A stretch of 60,405 nt of DNA, filler included, from Ionaspis alba (Eukaryota), in NCBI GenBank assembly GCA_964255285.1. It is 9 parts of 9 records of this genome, joined end to end, with 100 filler letters (N's around TTAATTAATTAA, not from the genome) between each part and the next. Parts side by side here need not be neighbours in the genome. Positions count along the whole stretch, not along the records: positions 1 to 6,643 come from CAXUUL010000898.1; positions 6,744 to 13,379 come from CAXUUL010000899.1; 7 more parts are not named here. The stretch is one strand, 5' to 3'. The translations under genes were made by a program, and so were the position numbers. The notes beneath the pieces are model-generated. The model was not told the DNA's origin. It made no database searches and worked only from the letters and a program-made list of their open reading frames with translations. How positions within the stretch are numbered: position 1 is the stretch's first letter; each line of letters opens with the position of its first letter. Below, in pieces: positions 1 through 11,741 of this stretch.

Positions 1-812
1 GGGGACGGGGGGGGGTTGAAGGGAGGAACTTGGTCGCTTGTATTATAAGGGACCCGGGCTGGTAGTTCACCTAATACCATACCCGGACGGGCACCGAGAG
101 GAAATACACATAAGCTCTAGACCTCATAGACAGCGCCAATAAAAATTGAACCTCTAGAAACATATACTCCCAACAGCAGGACCCTCAGTAGCAAAGATTT
201 CTGACAAGTCGAAAATGCCGAATCTATTTTGGATCTTTTCTTTGATTGGGAAGTCAACCACAGTCAACTTTGAGTCCCTGCCCTTGGCCCTCAATCGAGT
301 CTCTGTCTATGGAGCATGTGACTCTGACGGCCATATCGGGTCGATTACCTCCTGTCAATGTGTTCTGCATAAAGAAATGCGTCCATGACATGACTCAGGG
401 ATCTCGGGGGGTTTGAGCTGAAGGTCCACACGTGTGATTATGATTGAGCTGAGGGAGAATAGACACGTCTGCCTATTATGCGGTAGCACGTCGATTATGC
501 AGTAGCATGTCGATTATTCGGTACCCGAAACCCCTGAGGCTGAATAGACCGTGAGCTTTATCACGGAAATAGGCACAATACAATCTATCTCCGAGACTGT
601 CATTCTTCGGGGCCATACGGAGCAGCCAGAACGGACTTATCGGCCATACGGGGTCCATCAGGATTCTTCGAGCGTGTAGGAGGGTAAGTTCTTTTTGTTC
701 TTACTGCCTTCTTCTAGAGAAAACATACAAACTGAGAAAACGCCTAAGTTCTCTTCTTGCTTCCTCTAACACTTAGTCTTGTTTTTAATTTTGCGGGATT
801 GTCTCCTTCAAC

Positions 813-2764
813 ATGGCTGAGCAAATTCCTGGTGTAGATGAGAAAGGCGAGGGGAAGGTCGGGACAGAATCACCACCAGAGTCCATGGGTAAGGAAGCGA
901 AGCAAGAGCTGCTGGAAGACGATGGAGATAGTGAGGAAGAGGTCGTGTCTGCCAGGAATCTCCTTTTCATCGTCACAGCATTAATGCTCTGTGTTTTCTT
1001 GGTATGCGCATCCCTAAGATCTACGCCAACGATTCACCTATACTCAAACGACTCGTCATTGATCACCACTGACGCACAACAGGTCTCTCTCGACCAGACC
1101 ATCGTCGCGACCGCCATCCCCAAGATCACAGACCAGTTCCACCGTCTCGACCAGGTGGGCTGGTACGCCAGCGCCTTCTTCATCACCATCGGCGCCTTCC
1201 AATCGACCTTTGGCAAGATCTACAAGTATTTCCCTCTCAAGGCGGGCTTCCTCCTGGCCATCTTCGTGTTTGAGATCGGCAGTCTCATCTGCGCCGTCGC
1301 GCCCACCAGCACCGTCCTTATCCTCGGCCGCGCCATTGCAGGTATGGGCGCCGCCGGATTGGGCTCCGGAGCGTACACCATCATCGCTTTCTGCGCGCCG
1401 GAGAATCAACGCGCTGCCTATACCGGGCTTTTGGGCACGTCGTACGGGATCGCATCTGTTGTCGGCCCCTTGCTGGGCGGTGTCTTTGCTGAGAAGGCCA
1501 CCTGGAGATGGTGAGATTTCCCTCTCCTGCTCTGTCTCATAACATATTTTCTTGTCCCGCCTACTCGAGTCGTCAGATCTATGTCTACTTTTTTGGGATA
1601 AGCAAATAATAACTCGAATCTCATCAGGTGTTTCTACATTAATCTACCTATTGGCGGTAAGCATATTGAGCCCGTTGATCGTTCTTCTACTGATTTGGCT
1701 TCCAGCTGTGGCTGCTGCCATTATAACCCTCACCTTCAAGGCCCCGAAACGAGCGGCTCCTGTCCAAGCCACTCTGAAGCAGAAGTTTCTACAGATTGAC
1801 CTCCCGGGAACTTTCGCAGTCATGGCTGCGATTGTATGCTATGTCCTCGCGTTCCAGGTAAGGCACCGATCCCAATATGCAATCCATGTCCATTGACAAT
1901 TTCCAGTGGGGTGGACAAACAAAGCTCTGGAGCGACTCGACTGTCATCGGCACCCTCGTGGGTGGCCCCCTGATTGTCATCCTCTTCATCGTCATTGCAT
2001 ATTTCCAGGGCGAGCGCAGTATCATCCCTCCCCGACTCTTCAAGAAACGCTACATCTGGAACAATATGGCCTTCATGTTCTTCTTCGGTGGCAGTTGGTT
2101 TACCATCCTCTACTACCTACCCATCTATTTCCAGGTCGTATCCGGCGTCAGCGCGTCCCAAAGCGGCGTCCGCAACCTGCCCCTCATCATCAGCGTCGTA
2201 ATAGCAACCATCGTCTCCGGTGGCCTCATCTCCGTAACGGGCCACTACATCTCCTGGCTCTTCGTCGCGGGCACCATGTCGACCCTGGGCGCAGGCCTGA
2301 TCTACACGCTGGGCATCGACTCCTCGTCCGGCCACTGGATCGGCTACCAGATCATCGCGGGCATCGGCTTCGGGGCCGGCATCCAGCTTCCCATCATCGT
2401 CGGTCAAGCCCTTAGCGAGCCCGGCGATATCACCACCTCGACGGCCCTGATGCTCTTCGCGCAGACCATTGGCGGCGCGTTGTTCGTCGGCGCGGCCGAA
2501 GCCGCCTACGCGAACACGTTGATCAAGGCCCTGCGGACAAGTGTCCCAAGCGTCGACCCACAATCCGTCATCGTGATCGGTGCCACGGAAATCCGCTCGT
2601 CCTTTCCCGCTGATGTCCTGCCGGGCATCATCCAGGCTGAGCTGGACGGCGTGCATGTCGCCTTTGCCCTCGCTATCGCGGGCGCTGGCATCGGCATGCT
2701 GTTTACCGTTGGTGCCAAATGGGTGAATCTGAAGGGCAAGACGCCCACGACCGCTGCCGTCTGA
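813..2764 (+). CDS. MFS drug/toxin efflux transporter (DHA2/14-TM, AflT/GliA-like), 5 exons
   Basis: GT-AG introns at about 1002-1082, 1511-1627, 1657-1705 and 1858-1906 join the ORFs into one protein. Motifs include [52 protein letters not shown] and YYLPIYFQ. Confidence 0.93.
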
Positions 2765-3509
2765 GGAGGAGTGCGGAGGGCGATATAGACTTGGATTGGG
2801 ATAGAGTGGCAAGATGATTAATCCTTGACTGATGAAGGAGATCTTGTCTAGAAGGAACGGCAGACATCCTTCGTCGGTTGGGTTTCGAGATTTTATGACT
2901 GTCTTGCATTCAAATGTTATCTTCAAAAGCGGGAAAGAAAATACCCTTCACCCAATGTATAGAGAATCATTTATTAGATAGACGCGGCGTGCGGGACCAC
3001 AACCGCTCGATCTCTAACGTCGTTTAATATTTCTCTCAATCACAGACCTATCAGGGGGTGGGGGCAGACCTTTACGCAGACAAAAACTGTGGCGAGCCCG
3101 CACTCTGCTTATGGACTCTAATATCCTATCTACGTAATCTACTTGGGCAGAATGACCCTTGCATCTCTATGGCACCGACAAAGTCCCAACACACTTTCCC
3201 TTATCCATCCATCTACCCACATTCACATATGACAGAAGAGGAGAAGAAAAAACGTAAGAAATCAAATCTCAAATTACCCTATTACCATCTATGTATGAAT
3301 CGTTACGAGATGGAACGAACACCAGACGCACTGGACTCCTCGCCGCACCCATTCTCAGAGTAGTCGTGAATCAATAAAGCTGCCCATCCACCAAAAGCAC
3401 CGCCCCAATCCGCGCGAGCGAAGTCCAACTATCACAACGCTCGCTCTTCCCCCCCCTCCTCTCTGCCCAGGCCCCGGTCCTCGAGCCCTACACTCCAACA
3501 ATCCATTCC

Positions 3510-4678
3510 CTAAACCGGAAAGATACTCCCCAACTCCCCCGTCGCCTGTACGGGTGCATATTTCTTCAAAACGTCCTCAGTCTCGGCCCACATCTTCTTC
3601 TGTATCTTCGAGCCCTTTTCACTCGTGACGAGATCCCCCGGCCTTTTTATTTCCAACCAAATATCAATCAGCATCGTAACTCCCGCCTCAGCTAAGAAGA
3701 GATGTGCAAGGAGAAAGGGGAAGGGGGGGAGAAAGAAGGAAACTCACGGCTTGATCTCGCCCTCGCTCATGTACTCGCCGTGGCTTTCGGGACCCTGGAC
3801 GAAGAGGGCGTTGAGGGCGAGGGTGGCGCCTTTGTCGGGGGAGCGGCCGACGTATTGGTCGAATTTGCGGATAAGGAGGTTGCCGTCGCGGTGGATGCTA
3901 GGGAGTTGAGGTGCGAAGTTAGTATTCGTATAATTTGAAGAAGGGGGGATTGGGTCTTCCAGACGTACCCCGTGTCCACGGCGCCCGGATTGTAGTAATT
4001 GACAATGACCTCGGAGCGGGGGGTGCGGGAGGCGAGCTCGCGGGCCCAGAAGACGTTGAGCAGTTTGGTGACGCAGTAGCGGTCCATGGCGTCCTTGTAG
4101 AGGTCCTTGTTGTTGAGCTGGTCGATGGAATTGTCGGCGGCCTGCTCGACGAACTTGGTGAACATGTGCGTTTCGGCGGAGGTGAAGGTGAGGCGGGAGG
4201 GCCGCCCGACGTCGCGGGCCGTCTTCTTGAGGATCGGGAGCAGGGCGAGCGCGAGCAGGGCCGTGGCCAGGTGGTTGACTTGCAGGCCTGTCTCGAAGCC
4301 GTTCGTCGACGTCGACCATTCGAATTTGAACACGCCCGCGTTCAGCAGCGCGGCGTCAAGTCGTGGCAGCGTGGCGGCTCGCTTTCCCATCGCCAGCACT
4401 GACTCGAAAGACTGCAGGTCCACGTCCCACACGTCGATCTTGGTCCCGGACGATTGTTGTGATTGCTGGATTGAGGTTTTGGCTGTGTCGCCCTTGGCCA
4501 TGCTCCGTACCGCTAGAATCACCCGTTCGGCGCCGAGGCCAACGCACTTGCGCGCTGTGGCCAGCCCCAGACCAGTGTTGCCGCCTGTTATGAGGATGGT
4601 TTGGCCTTCGAGTCGGAGGGTCAAGGGGAGCGAGGGGATGGAGACGAACTGGCGGAGGACAGAACCGAGGAGAGTCAT
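3510..4678 (-). CDS. Short-chain dehydrogenase/reductase (retinol-dehydrogenase-like), 3 exons
   Basis: TGGNTGLG Rossmann motif, LNAG, VNHL and catalytic YxxxK (YCVTK). Introns at about 3968-3898 and 3747-3643 lead to a last exon ...KIQKKMWAETEDVL...FPV* (TAG at 3512-3510). Confidence 0.9.
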
Positions 4679-5114
4679 TTTGGACCGATTTCGATTCTGA
4701 TTACGGATACGTGTAGGTCTTCTTCTTCTTCTCTTCCTCTAATCCGGGAGAAACGTTTGGATGTGGGATTCGGAGAGGATTAGGGGGGCATTTGTCAGTG
4801 AACTCGCGGCCTCGCTTTGAGATAAGCAAGGGAGGCAGGATAAGAGTGGCTGCCTTTGGGAACGTGGTATTTATGTTTGTGGGCGGCACAGCTGTCAGCA
4901 CCAGTCTCGGGCTTTACTAAACCCCGGCAAATCCAGATAAAGTGGCGCTTTGGCACGGGTATGCCGGTGGGGACGTGTCGTCTCTAAGATAACAGTCTAG
5001 GGCTTGGGGCTCCGGCTTAGTACAAGAGGAGGCTTTCCTCCCTAAGGTATGGCTCTTCGTGCCATTCCCCATTATAACAATATATATCTAGAGTTTTGTT
5101 CTTTCAAATCCATA

Positions 5115-6365
5115 ATGAGCGAGGACGCTCCTCCGGCACTGAAACAACGCAAATTACGGTCTAGTTGTGATCGGTGCGGTGCTGCAAAGCTGAGATGCGA
5201 CCGCAGCCAACCCGAATGCACCCGGTGCCTGTCGATTGGCATCTCATGCGTCTATGGAATGTCACGGAAAGCCGGGAAGCCGCCACGCAACAGGAACAGA
5301 CTGGACGACAGGAGTTGTGGTGGTAACACAGACGGCACTGGCAACGGGATCCTTCCGAGCCCCCGGTCGGTCTCAAGCCTGGAGAACAATACATCCGCAG
5401 CGTGGGGAAAGATGGACGGTTATCACAACAGTCTCATGACGAGTGGTCATATCTCCAATACCTTTCGCGATCATTCCATGGACCTGTCTCTTCCTGCTCT
5501 CGATTCTCTAGAGTTTGATGATAACCTATCCGCCAACCACGACACCGAACCCATCTCCAGCCTCGGATCGCCCGTGTTGGAGCCCTACTCCACTCCTACC
5601 GAGCAAACCAAGGCATCTCAAAGACGGGTCGATGAGAGCATATATTTCACCAGTGAATCCATGCTACCGATAGGCAGCAAAGACCACGACTGTTGTAGAG
5701 AAGCACACGAGATCTTGGGTCGCCTGTCTTTGCTGAACCCTTATGTTGCCTCTTCAGCATCTCGATCAGTAGCAGACTCAACGTCCGCGACATCCGGCTC
5801 CGCTAATCGCGTACCTTTGGATCATATTCTGCGTCTGAACCGCGAGTCGAACGAACAGCTCGGCTACCTCTTGGCCTGTTCCTGTGCTAGATATCCGCAT
5901 CTCGCGTTACTTTATGCATCGATCATCTCCCGTATCCTGACCTGGTATGAGCAAGCTGCGGGCTGTTCGCAGAGTGCTTTCTGGAACCCCGGAGTCGCAG
6001 TCGCGGATGCATATATGATGGGGCCCCTGTCGTCTTGGTCGGGCACCACGGCCAATACCGTCGATACAGGTGCACCCACACTGACTGGAGCCAGCGCCAT
6101 CACACCCACATACCTGACCATGGGGTCCTTCGATATCGATAACAAACAACTGCAAGCTGCCCTGAGAACTCAACTGCTCTTGGGCGAGATCAGGAGGACT
6201 AGCCATCTGATCCAGCTGTTCGCTTCACGCAGTCGCACCAGTAATGATGGATTTACCTTTAGTGGGGTCGATAGTCTATATAAGAGCCTAAGCTCTTGGT
6301 TGAGAATAGAGCATTTAAGGATCACTGATCTTATACAGTCAAAATTAAAAGAGGTGAACTTTTGA
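5115..6365 (+). CDS. Zn(II)2Cys6 pathway-specific transcription factor, AflR-like
   Basis: N-terminal CDRCGAAKLRCDRSQPECTRCLSIGISC binuclear cluster. The middle region LDHILRLNRE..LLACSCA..LALLYASIISRILTWY resembles AflR-type cluster regulators. The gene is intronless; the start is probably ATG 5115, although the ORF is open from 5049. Confidence 0.88.
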   Translation: MSEDAPPALKQRKLRSSCDRCGAAKLRCDRSQPECTRCLSIGISCVYGMSRKAGKPPRNRNRLDDRSCGGNTDGTGNGILPSPRSVSSLENNTSAAWGKMDGYHNSLMTSGHISNTFRDHSMDLSLPALDSLEFDDNLSANHDTEPISSLGSPVLEPYSTPTEQTKASQRRVDESIYFTSESMLPIGSKDHDCCREAHEILGRLSLLNPYVASSASRSVADSTSATSGSANRVPLDHILRLNRESNEQLGYLLACSCARYPHLALLYASIISRILTWYEQAAGCSQSAFWNPGVAVADAYMMGPLSSWSGTTANTVDTGAPTLTGASAITPTYLTMGSFDIDNKQLQAALRTQLLLGEIRRTSHLIQLFASRSRTSNDGFTFSGVDSLYKSLSSWLRIEHLRITDLIQSKLKEVNF

Positions 6366-6643
6366 ATAGAGCATCGTGTATTTAGACTTGACCAATTTTA
6401 TTAGACATTATGAGACTGGCTGTAATTACACGTGATCCGACACCTCACGCGTAGCCCTACTATCCTAGTAGGGCCTACAATCCTTATCATGTACGTAGGA
6501 TTTTGAATTGCTTTGAAGTTTTCGTCAGATATCTTGGCCAATAAGAGGCCTGCAGAGGTGCGTGTATGTGGTAGCTTATTTTATTCGTCTGTTGAAAGCG
6601 AACGACGTGAAATCAACATTTTTCCAAATCAGGCTAATACTGA

Positions 6644-6743
6644 NNNNNNNNNNNNNNNNNNNNNNNNNNNNNNNNNNNNNNNNNNNNTTAATTAATTAAN
6701 NNNNNNNNNNNNNNNNNNNNNNNNNNNNNNNNNNNNNNNNNNN
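6644..6743. other. Artificial contig spacer N44-TTAATTAATTAA-N44 (also at 13380-13479, 20112-20211, 26844-26943, 33568-33667, 40289-40388, 47001-47100, 53704-53803)
   Basis: An identical 100-bp block with stops in all six frames recurs eight times. The segments between them shrink or stay equal (about 6643, 6636, 6632, 6632, 6624, 6621, 6612, 6603, 6602 bp), and genes are cut at the junctions. Confidence 0.98.
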
Positions 6744-9700
6744 CCCCCCACCCCTCTCCCTCTCCAGACTCCTATCCCTCTCATCCACTTCCCTCCTCCA
6801 CTCTTTGCCCATCTTCGCCATCTCCCGCAACTTCACCAGATAATAATTCCCCCAGGCCCCGCCTCCCTCCTCCTCTTCCGGCTCCAGGCGCTTCTTCCGC
6901 CGCGCCTTGCACGCTTGATACAGCGTCCAGGCGCGGGCGGCGTCGGGGATGGTGGTGAGGCTGTATTCGATTGACCAGATGTCCGGCTTGGGAGTTTTGG
7001 GTGAGGGGCGTTTGGGAGGGGGTTGAGTTGGAGGCGATTTGAACTCGGACTCCGGTAATGATAAGATGGAACGGAGATAACCGGGCCGCGTGTCTGCTGC
7101 TTTGGGCCCGGAGTCGGTTTCTGTGAGTGGAGAGGAAGGTGGAGGAGGAGGAGGCGCTGGAGTGAGTTTCGTGGGGCGAAGTACGTATTTCTCGTTTACC
7201 TTGTTGCGGATGGTGAGCGTCATGGCGAGAAGGGGTTTCTGCGAGTCGGAGGCGAGAGCGGCGCTGTGTTCGGTGGCGAGGTCGTCGAGGAATTGGCTGT
7301 CGGCGATGGAGGAGGTGGAGGGATTGATTGCGGAAGCTAGGGTCGAGCCGATGGAGGTGATGGGGGTGCCGTCTTCCAGAGCTGCGAAAGGTGGGACGGG
7401 GGTTGTAGGCGGGGTGGTTGTTGGTTCGGTCTCGAATTGTGGGGAGGACGTGGAGTGGGAGTCTTGAGTCGGTAGTTCTGATTCAGACGGAGAAATTTCT
7501 TCCACTGTTTCACCTGGTGCAACGATATCTTTGACGGTGGTAGGTTGGGCTTGGGTTTCCGGTTGGACTTCTGCTTCTGCTTCCGAGGATACTCCTTCTA
7601 TTATTTCCATGGTGCTTTCAACATCTAAGTCCTCTGTAGCCACGTTCTCTTCGGTCTTCTCCAATTCTTCCCCGTCCTCGGTGGCTTTCTGGCCGTCTTC
7701 CTCCGTACCGTCGTCCGCGATTGCGGTAAGATCTTGAGTTTCGTCCTGTCCTTCTAGCTCACCTGACTCCACTCCTGTAGGTTCCTGACCGATAGCTTGA
7801 GTTAGCTCGTCCACATCTCTTTCATCTTTTTTCATGGCTTCCTGAACCCTGGCTTCGATATCTTCCCAGTTCTGATTATCTTCTTCCGGTTCTTCTGCGC
7901 CCTTCGTGATACCGAGGACATCTCGTTCGAACTCTTCGATCTTCGCAGTATTACGTGATTGAAGTTCCTCGACCTGTTCTTCCGTAACAGGTTCTGCGAA
8001 CACATACATGAATGGCGTTACAGCTTCGCGAGTCTCGAAGTGGATTCGGATAGACTATAGCAATTAATATTGTCACAAAGAAGTAGTGCTGGGAGTCTTT
8101 TACCTGCTCAGGGAATTTCGCTGTCGCTTCATTCAGAATCTTGTTCAGCAAATCCAAACTCAACTTGAATTCTTGATCACCAACTGTAGTATCTAGCTGG
8201 CCATGTAAACTTTGATCCATTTCTTCCAGACTGATGTACTGGAATCCAAAGATCCTCTGGGTATTGTGAAATGCTACGAAGATCCCGTCCATTCTCCCCA
8301 TTCGTACTTGTAGGGAGTATTTCAAGAACGCTGCTCTGATCATGTCAAAGTATTCTCGCTCGTAAGACTCGAACTCGCCGCGGCGGGACTTGATCTCATA
8401 GCCCTGACCAGATTCATGGTTTCTCGAGTCCATGCGAATGCTCACAACCGCTCTCGTCTTGAGGTCAAACATACCTGTTCCTGGCAATCGAGGATCGTGT
8501 GCATCCAGCTGAGACCGCATAAGGAAGTCACCCATCGTACAGTAATGGAAAGCTTCCGGAGCATTTCGTTCCTCCTCCGAAATCTGACTCGAGTTTGGCT
8601 TGCGATAACGCTCATATCCTTCTGTGTCAAGGGTCAAGAGCTTTTCCATCGACTTGCCCAGCATACTGAGGATGCTAGAGTGAGCAAACTCCTTGTCAGC
8701 ATCAATCGCATATACTCCATCCTTCCATCGTAAGAAGATGGCAGACGGACATCGCTGAAGAAGTGTAAATGACTTGAGCTTGTCCGGGAATCCCTGAGAT
8801 ATCATCTCTGTGTTGATCTCTCGCCATTGGGAAAGCAGGAAATGAAAATGTGCCAGTATGCCGGTCATGCTAGAGGAAGAACCCATATATCGCTTTTTGT
8901 GCTCCTGTGCAATATTCTCAAGGGCTCTGTCTCCGGACGAGGTAATATACTCTTTTAAAGCATTGAAATCAAACTCTGAGACGGGCATAATAGTCTGTAG
9001 ATACGGATCGAAGTTGAAAACTCGGGTTCTCGGGTCTTGCAAATCATAGACGCCCGAACTTCAGAGCAATTAGCCAAATACACTTGGTGGCTCAGAATCT
9101 ATACGCACTTGAAGAGGACTCTGTCGAGCCCATATGATAAGGAAGGGACGGGAGGTTGGTCCACCTCAATTGCTGTCTTGGATCAGCAAGGGAATAGTTT
9201 CTGCACGTCGGTAATACACACGCAAAATGGTGAGCTCAGTAGCATCGATGTTTTTGATCTTGGATTTTTCAGCTTTATCCTTAGCATGACTCTCCATAGC
9301 CTTCTCTAAAGCTGCCTTCTTTTTGGCCTTTGACTGGGTAGGAAGATTGAGCTTCTTCACGATACCGTCTAACGTCATAGATTGAGGAGAATCAATTGCC
9401 ACTGCTTCCAATTGTTCCTTAGGTAGTTTGGTTGGTTGCGGCCACTTGAACTGCGTCTGCGTTGGTTCAGGAGCACTCGTAGCTTTGTCAAATGCGTCAG
9501 GCTGCTTGTTCATATCTACACCGCTGGAGAATTTCTTGATTTCAGGCTTTGGATGACTCTGTAGCTTCTATATAGGACCATCAGCGACGTTCTGCCACCA
9601 CAGTAGGTATATATTACCCTGATTACCACACCGCCCTCATCGAGTGGTTTCGCGGACGTGATAGTCCTGTGTTTCCTAAGCTCTTTCTTTTTGCGAGCCC

Positions 9701-10184
9701 GTTCTCTTCGTGCTGCTTTCCCTCTTTTCTTCACCTGGCCTGAAATTTTGCTGGTGCCTTTGGGAGCCTTTGGGTCTTTCTTTTTACTTTCATGCTGCGT
9801 TATTTCTTCGTGCGCACCAGAAGCTTCCGTGACCGATGCTGGACCTCCCAGATCGATTATATGAGGAGATTCTCCTCGTGTCGCAATGCTCGGCACTGAA
9901 CTTCTATGCGTCCCAAGCTTGCCATCATTCGATGTACCCGTGGACAAAGCCTTAATATCCAATTGGGGATCTACTGCTTTCCTATCCTTCTCCTGCTCTA
10001 TTGCGTCTCGATGTATAAAGTTGTCCGCACGTTTAGAGGGACGGGTATCGAGGTCTGCGGCATTTGAAGTCGACCTTCGGGACGACTGCTGCCAAAGTGG
10101 AAGCCGAGAGCTTCTGAGTAGACAAGAGAGACAGACATATCCTCGGTTTCGCCTGAGAGCACCTCGAACGGGTGTGAAGTTCAT
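6744..10184 (-). CDS. PET127: Mitochondrial RNA-processing protein Pet127 (multi-exon, 3' end truncated by contig end)
   Basis: Basic, mitochondrial-presequence-like N-terminus (MNFTPVRGALRR..). Conserved core LQDPRTRVFNFDPYL, EYITSS, SSSSMTGILAHFHFLLS, FLMRSQLDAHDPRLPGTGMFDLKTRA, YSLQVRMGRMDGIFVAFHN. Short introns lie near 9570-9617, 9190-9230, 9060-9105 and 8054-8104. Confidence 0.92.
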
Positions 10185-10595
10185 TCGAATAGAGGATAAA
10201 ATTTTCACTGTGTTTCTCGAATCTCTGGATGGGTTGAATCTAGAATTATTGACAAGGATCTTTGTATGACGCGTGAGCCACACCCATGCATGTCTCGCAC
10301 TGGCCACTAGCCGCATCGCCAGCCTTTCATTTTACAATGCTTAAAATATAGCATTCTGTAGGTTTTCTTGGAAGTAGACGGCTAGAAATAAGTGCACCTG
10401 CTGATCTCATGATCCTCTACAACATTCTCACGGTACCTTGCATGCTGCCAATACAGGCTGAGACAATTACGACCATACCAGACCCTCCGAAGGATTATGA
10501 CCGGACAGCACCCATTGGACCCCAGACTCCAGTATTGAGTTGCCAGCACTTGTACATCCTGCAATACTCTTCGAGCTCTCCTTCCTAGCGTGACC

Positions 10596-11289
10596 TCACA
10601 GTGAAAGGTTGTAGGTGTAATCGTCCTCCATGTTCTGCGACACCCAAAGCACGACGGAACTAGGAAAACAATCAGTAGAATAATCGATCCTATACACAAT
10701 GGGCCATACCTTAGCATAATGAGACCGTTCGCGATGACATTGGCGATGCCAAAGTACATTATCTGCAACGAATGCTCGGGGACGACGTATTTGAGAACAA
10801 GAACAGCCTGTACGTCAACGTGTCAGCTTTCTCCAGTATCTGCCTTTCGCAAAGCCTATCCACTACTCACTACTGAGCCAGCAAGTCCCCCAGCCATAAG
10901 CGCGAAGCCCAAAAACAGTACCAACCGTGCCTTCCAGGCGACACCCGTACCCGAATAACTATAGCTGTCTGCGCTCAATCTCGTCTTTTCTATCGAGTTG
11001 ATGACCAGCATTCCCAGTGCAGAGCAAATTCCAGGTATCCAATCGACGAACTTGATATGGACGTCGCTGCCGTTCCGGTTGGACCCCGAGAAGACGGAGG
11101 CATCGATGAAGAAGAAGAAGCCTAGAGAGAACTTGGAAACAGTTAGCATCTGGCTAGAACTGGAAAGGAAGGGAGGGTTGTAGGAGGAAGGCATACTAAT
11201 GCGCCAGCCAGGTATACGCCTGCTGTTCTTGCATTCGGACTGTTGAGCCACTGTGGTTTCGGAAACCGGAAGAGCCTGTGACTTGACAT
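10596..11289 (-). CDS. VPS68: Vacuolar protein sorting protein Vps68 (UPF0220), 4 exons
   Basis: The spliced product reads MSSHRLFRFPKPQWLN..AGVYLAGAL/FSLGFFFFIDA..FVDWIPGICSALGMLVINSIEK..AWKARLVLFLGFALMAGGLAGS/..VLWVSQNMEDDYTYNLSL*. Confidence 0.88.
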
Positions 11290-11741
11290 TTCTGACTTAG
11301 GTGATTTTGCTTATGCTGGAGTGAAATGATGGCGGATTAGTCGTGACTGAATTAATTCGGGCTGTTCGTAAAGTTCCCGGTGGACGATCTTACTGCCGCG
11401 GGTATTTCCAGCCCGCCTGACTTTCTGCAGCTGTCAGAGCACCCCTTGCCTAGGGACAGTATGCAGCCACGGTCCAAATTAGGCTAAAATCGCGTTTTTG
11501 GTTTTTTATTTATATTTCATCATTACTTCTGCAGGTAGGAGAATGTTATAAATATTCTTGTTACGACTAGGTGCATAGCAATCATACCCTGGCCCGTAGA
11601 TGCAACTTCCTGGAACCACAGGTGGTCAGCCGCGACAGGGTCTCGGGCTGCCGGCTTATAAGCAGATTAGGTTACGTGCAATCGGACGACAGAGCCCGTC
11701 AGGAATCTCTCAAGTCCACGAGGAGCAGGATCTCCAATTGT

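Noticed and set aside
2117..4700. Long antisense/overlapping ORFs (2117-2926, 3935-4402, 4107-4700)
   Set aside because: These are shadows of GC3-rich coding strands, with no recognisable motifs.
6451..6478. Hairpin GCCCTACTA-tcc-TAGTAGGGC downstream of the TF
   Set aside because: It is a single 9-bp stem in a eukaryotic 3' region, and no function can be supported.
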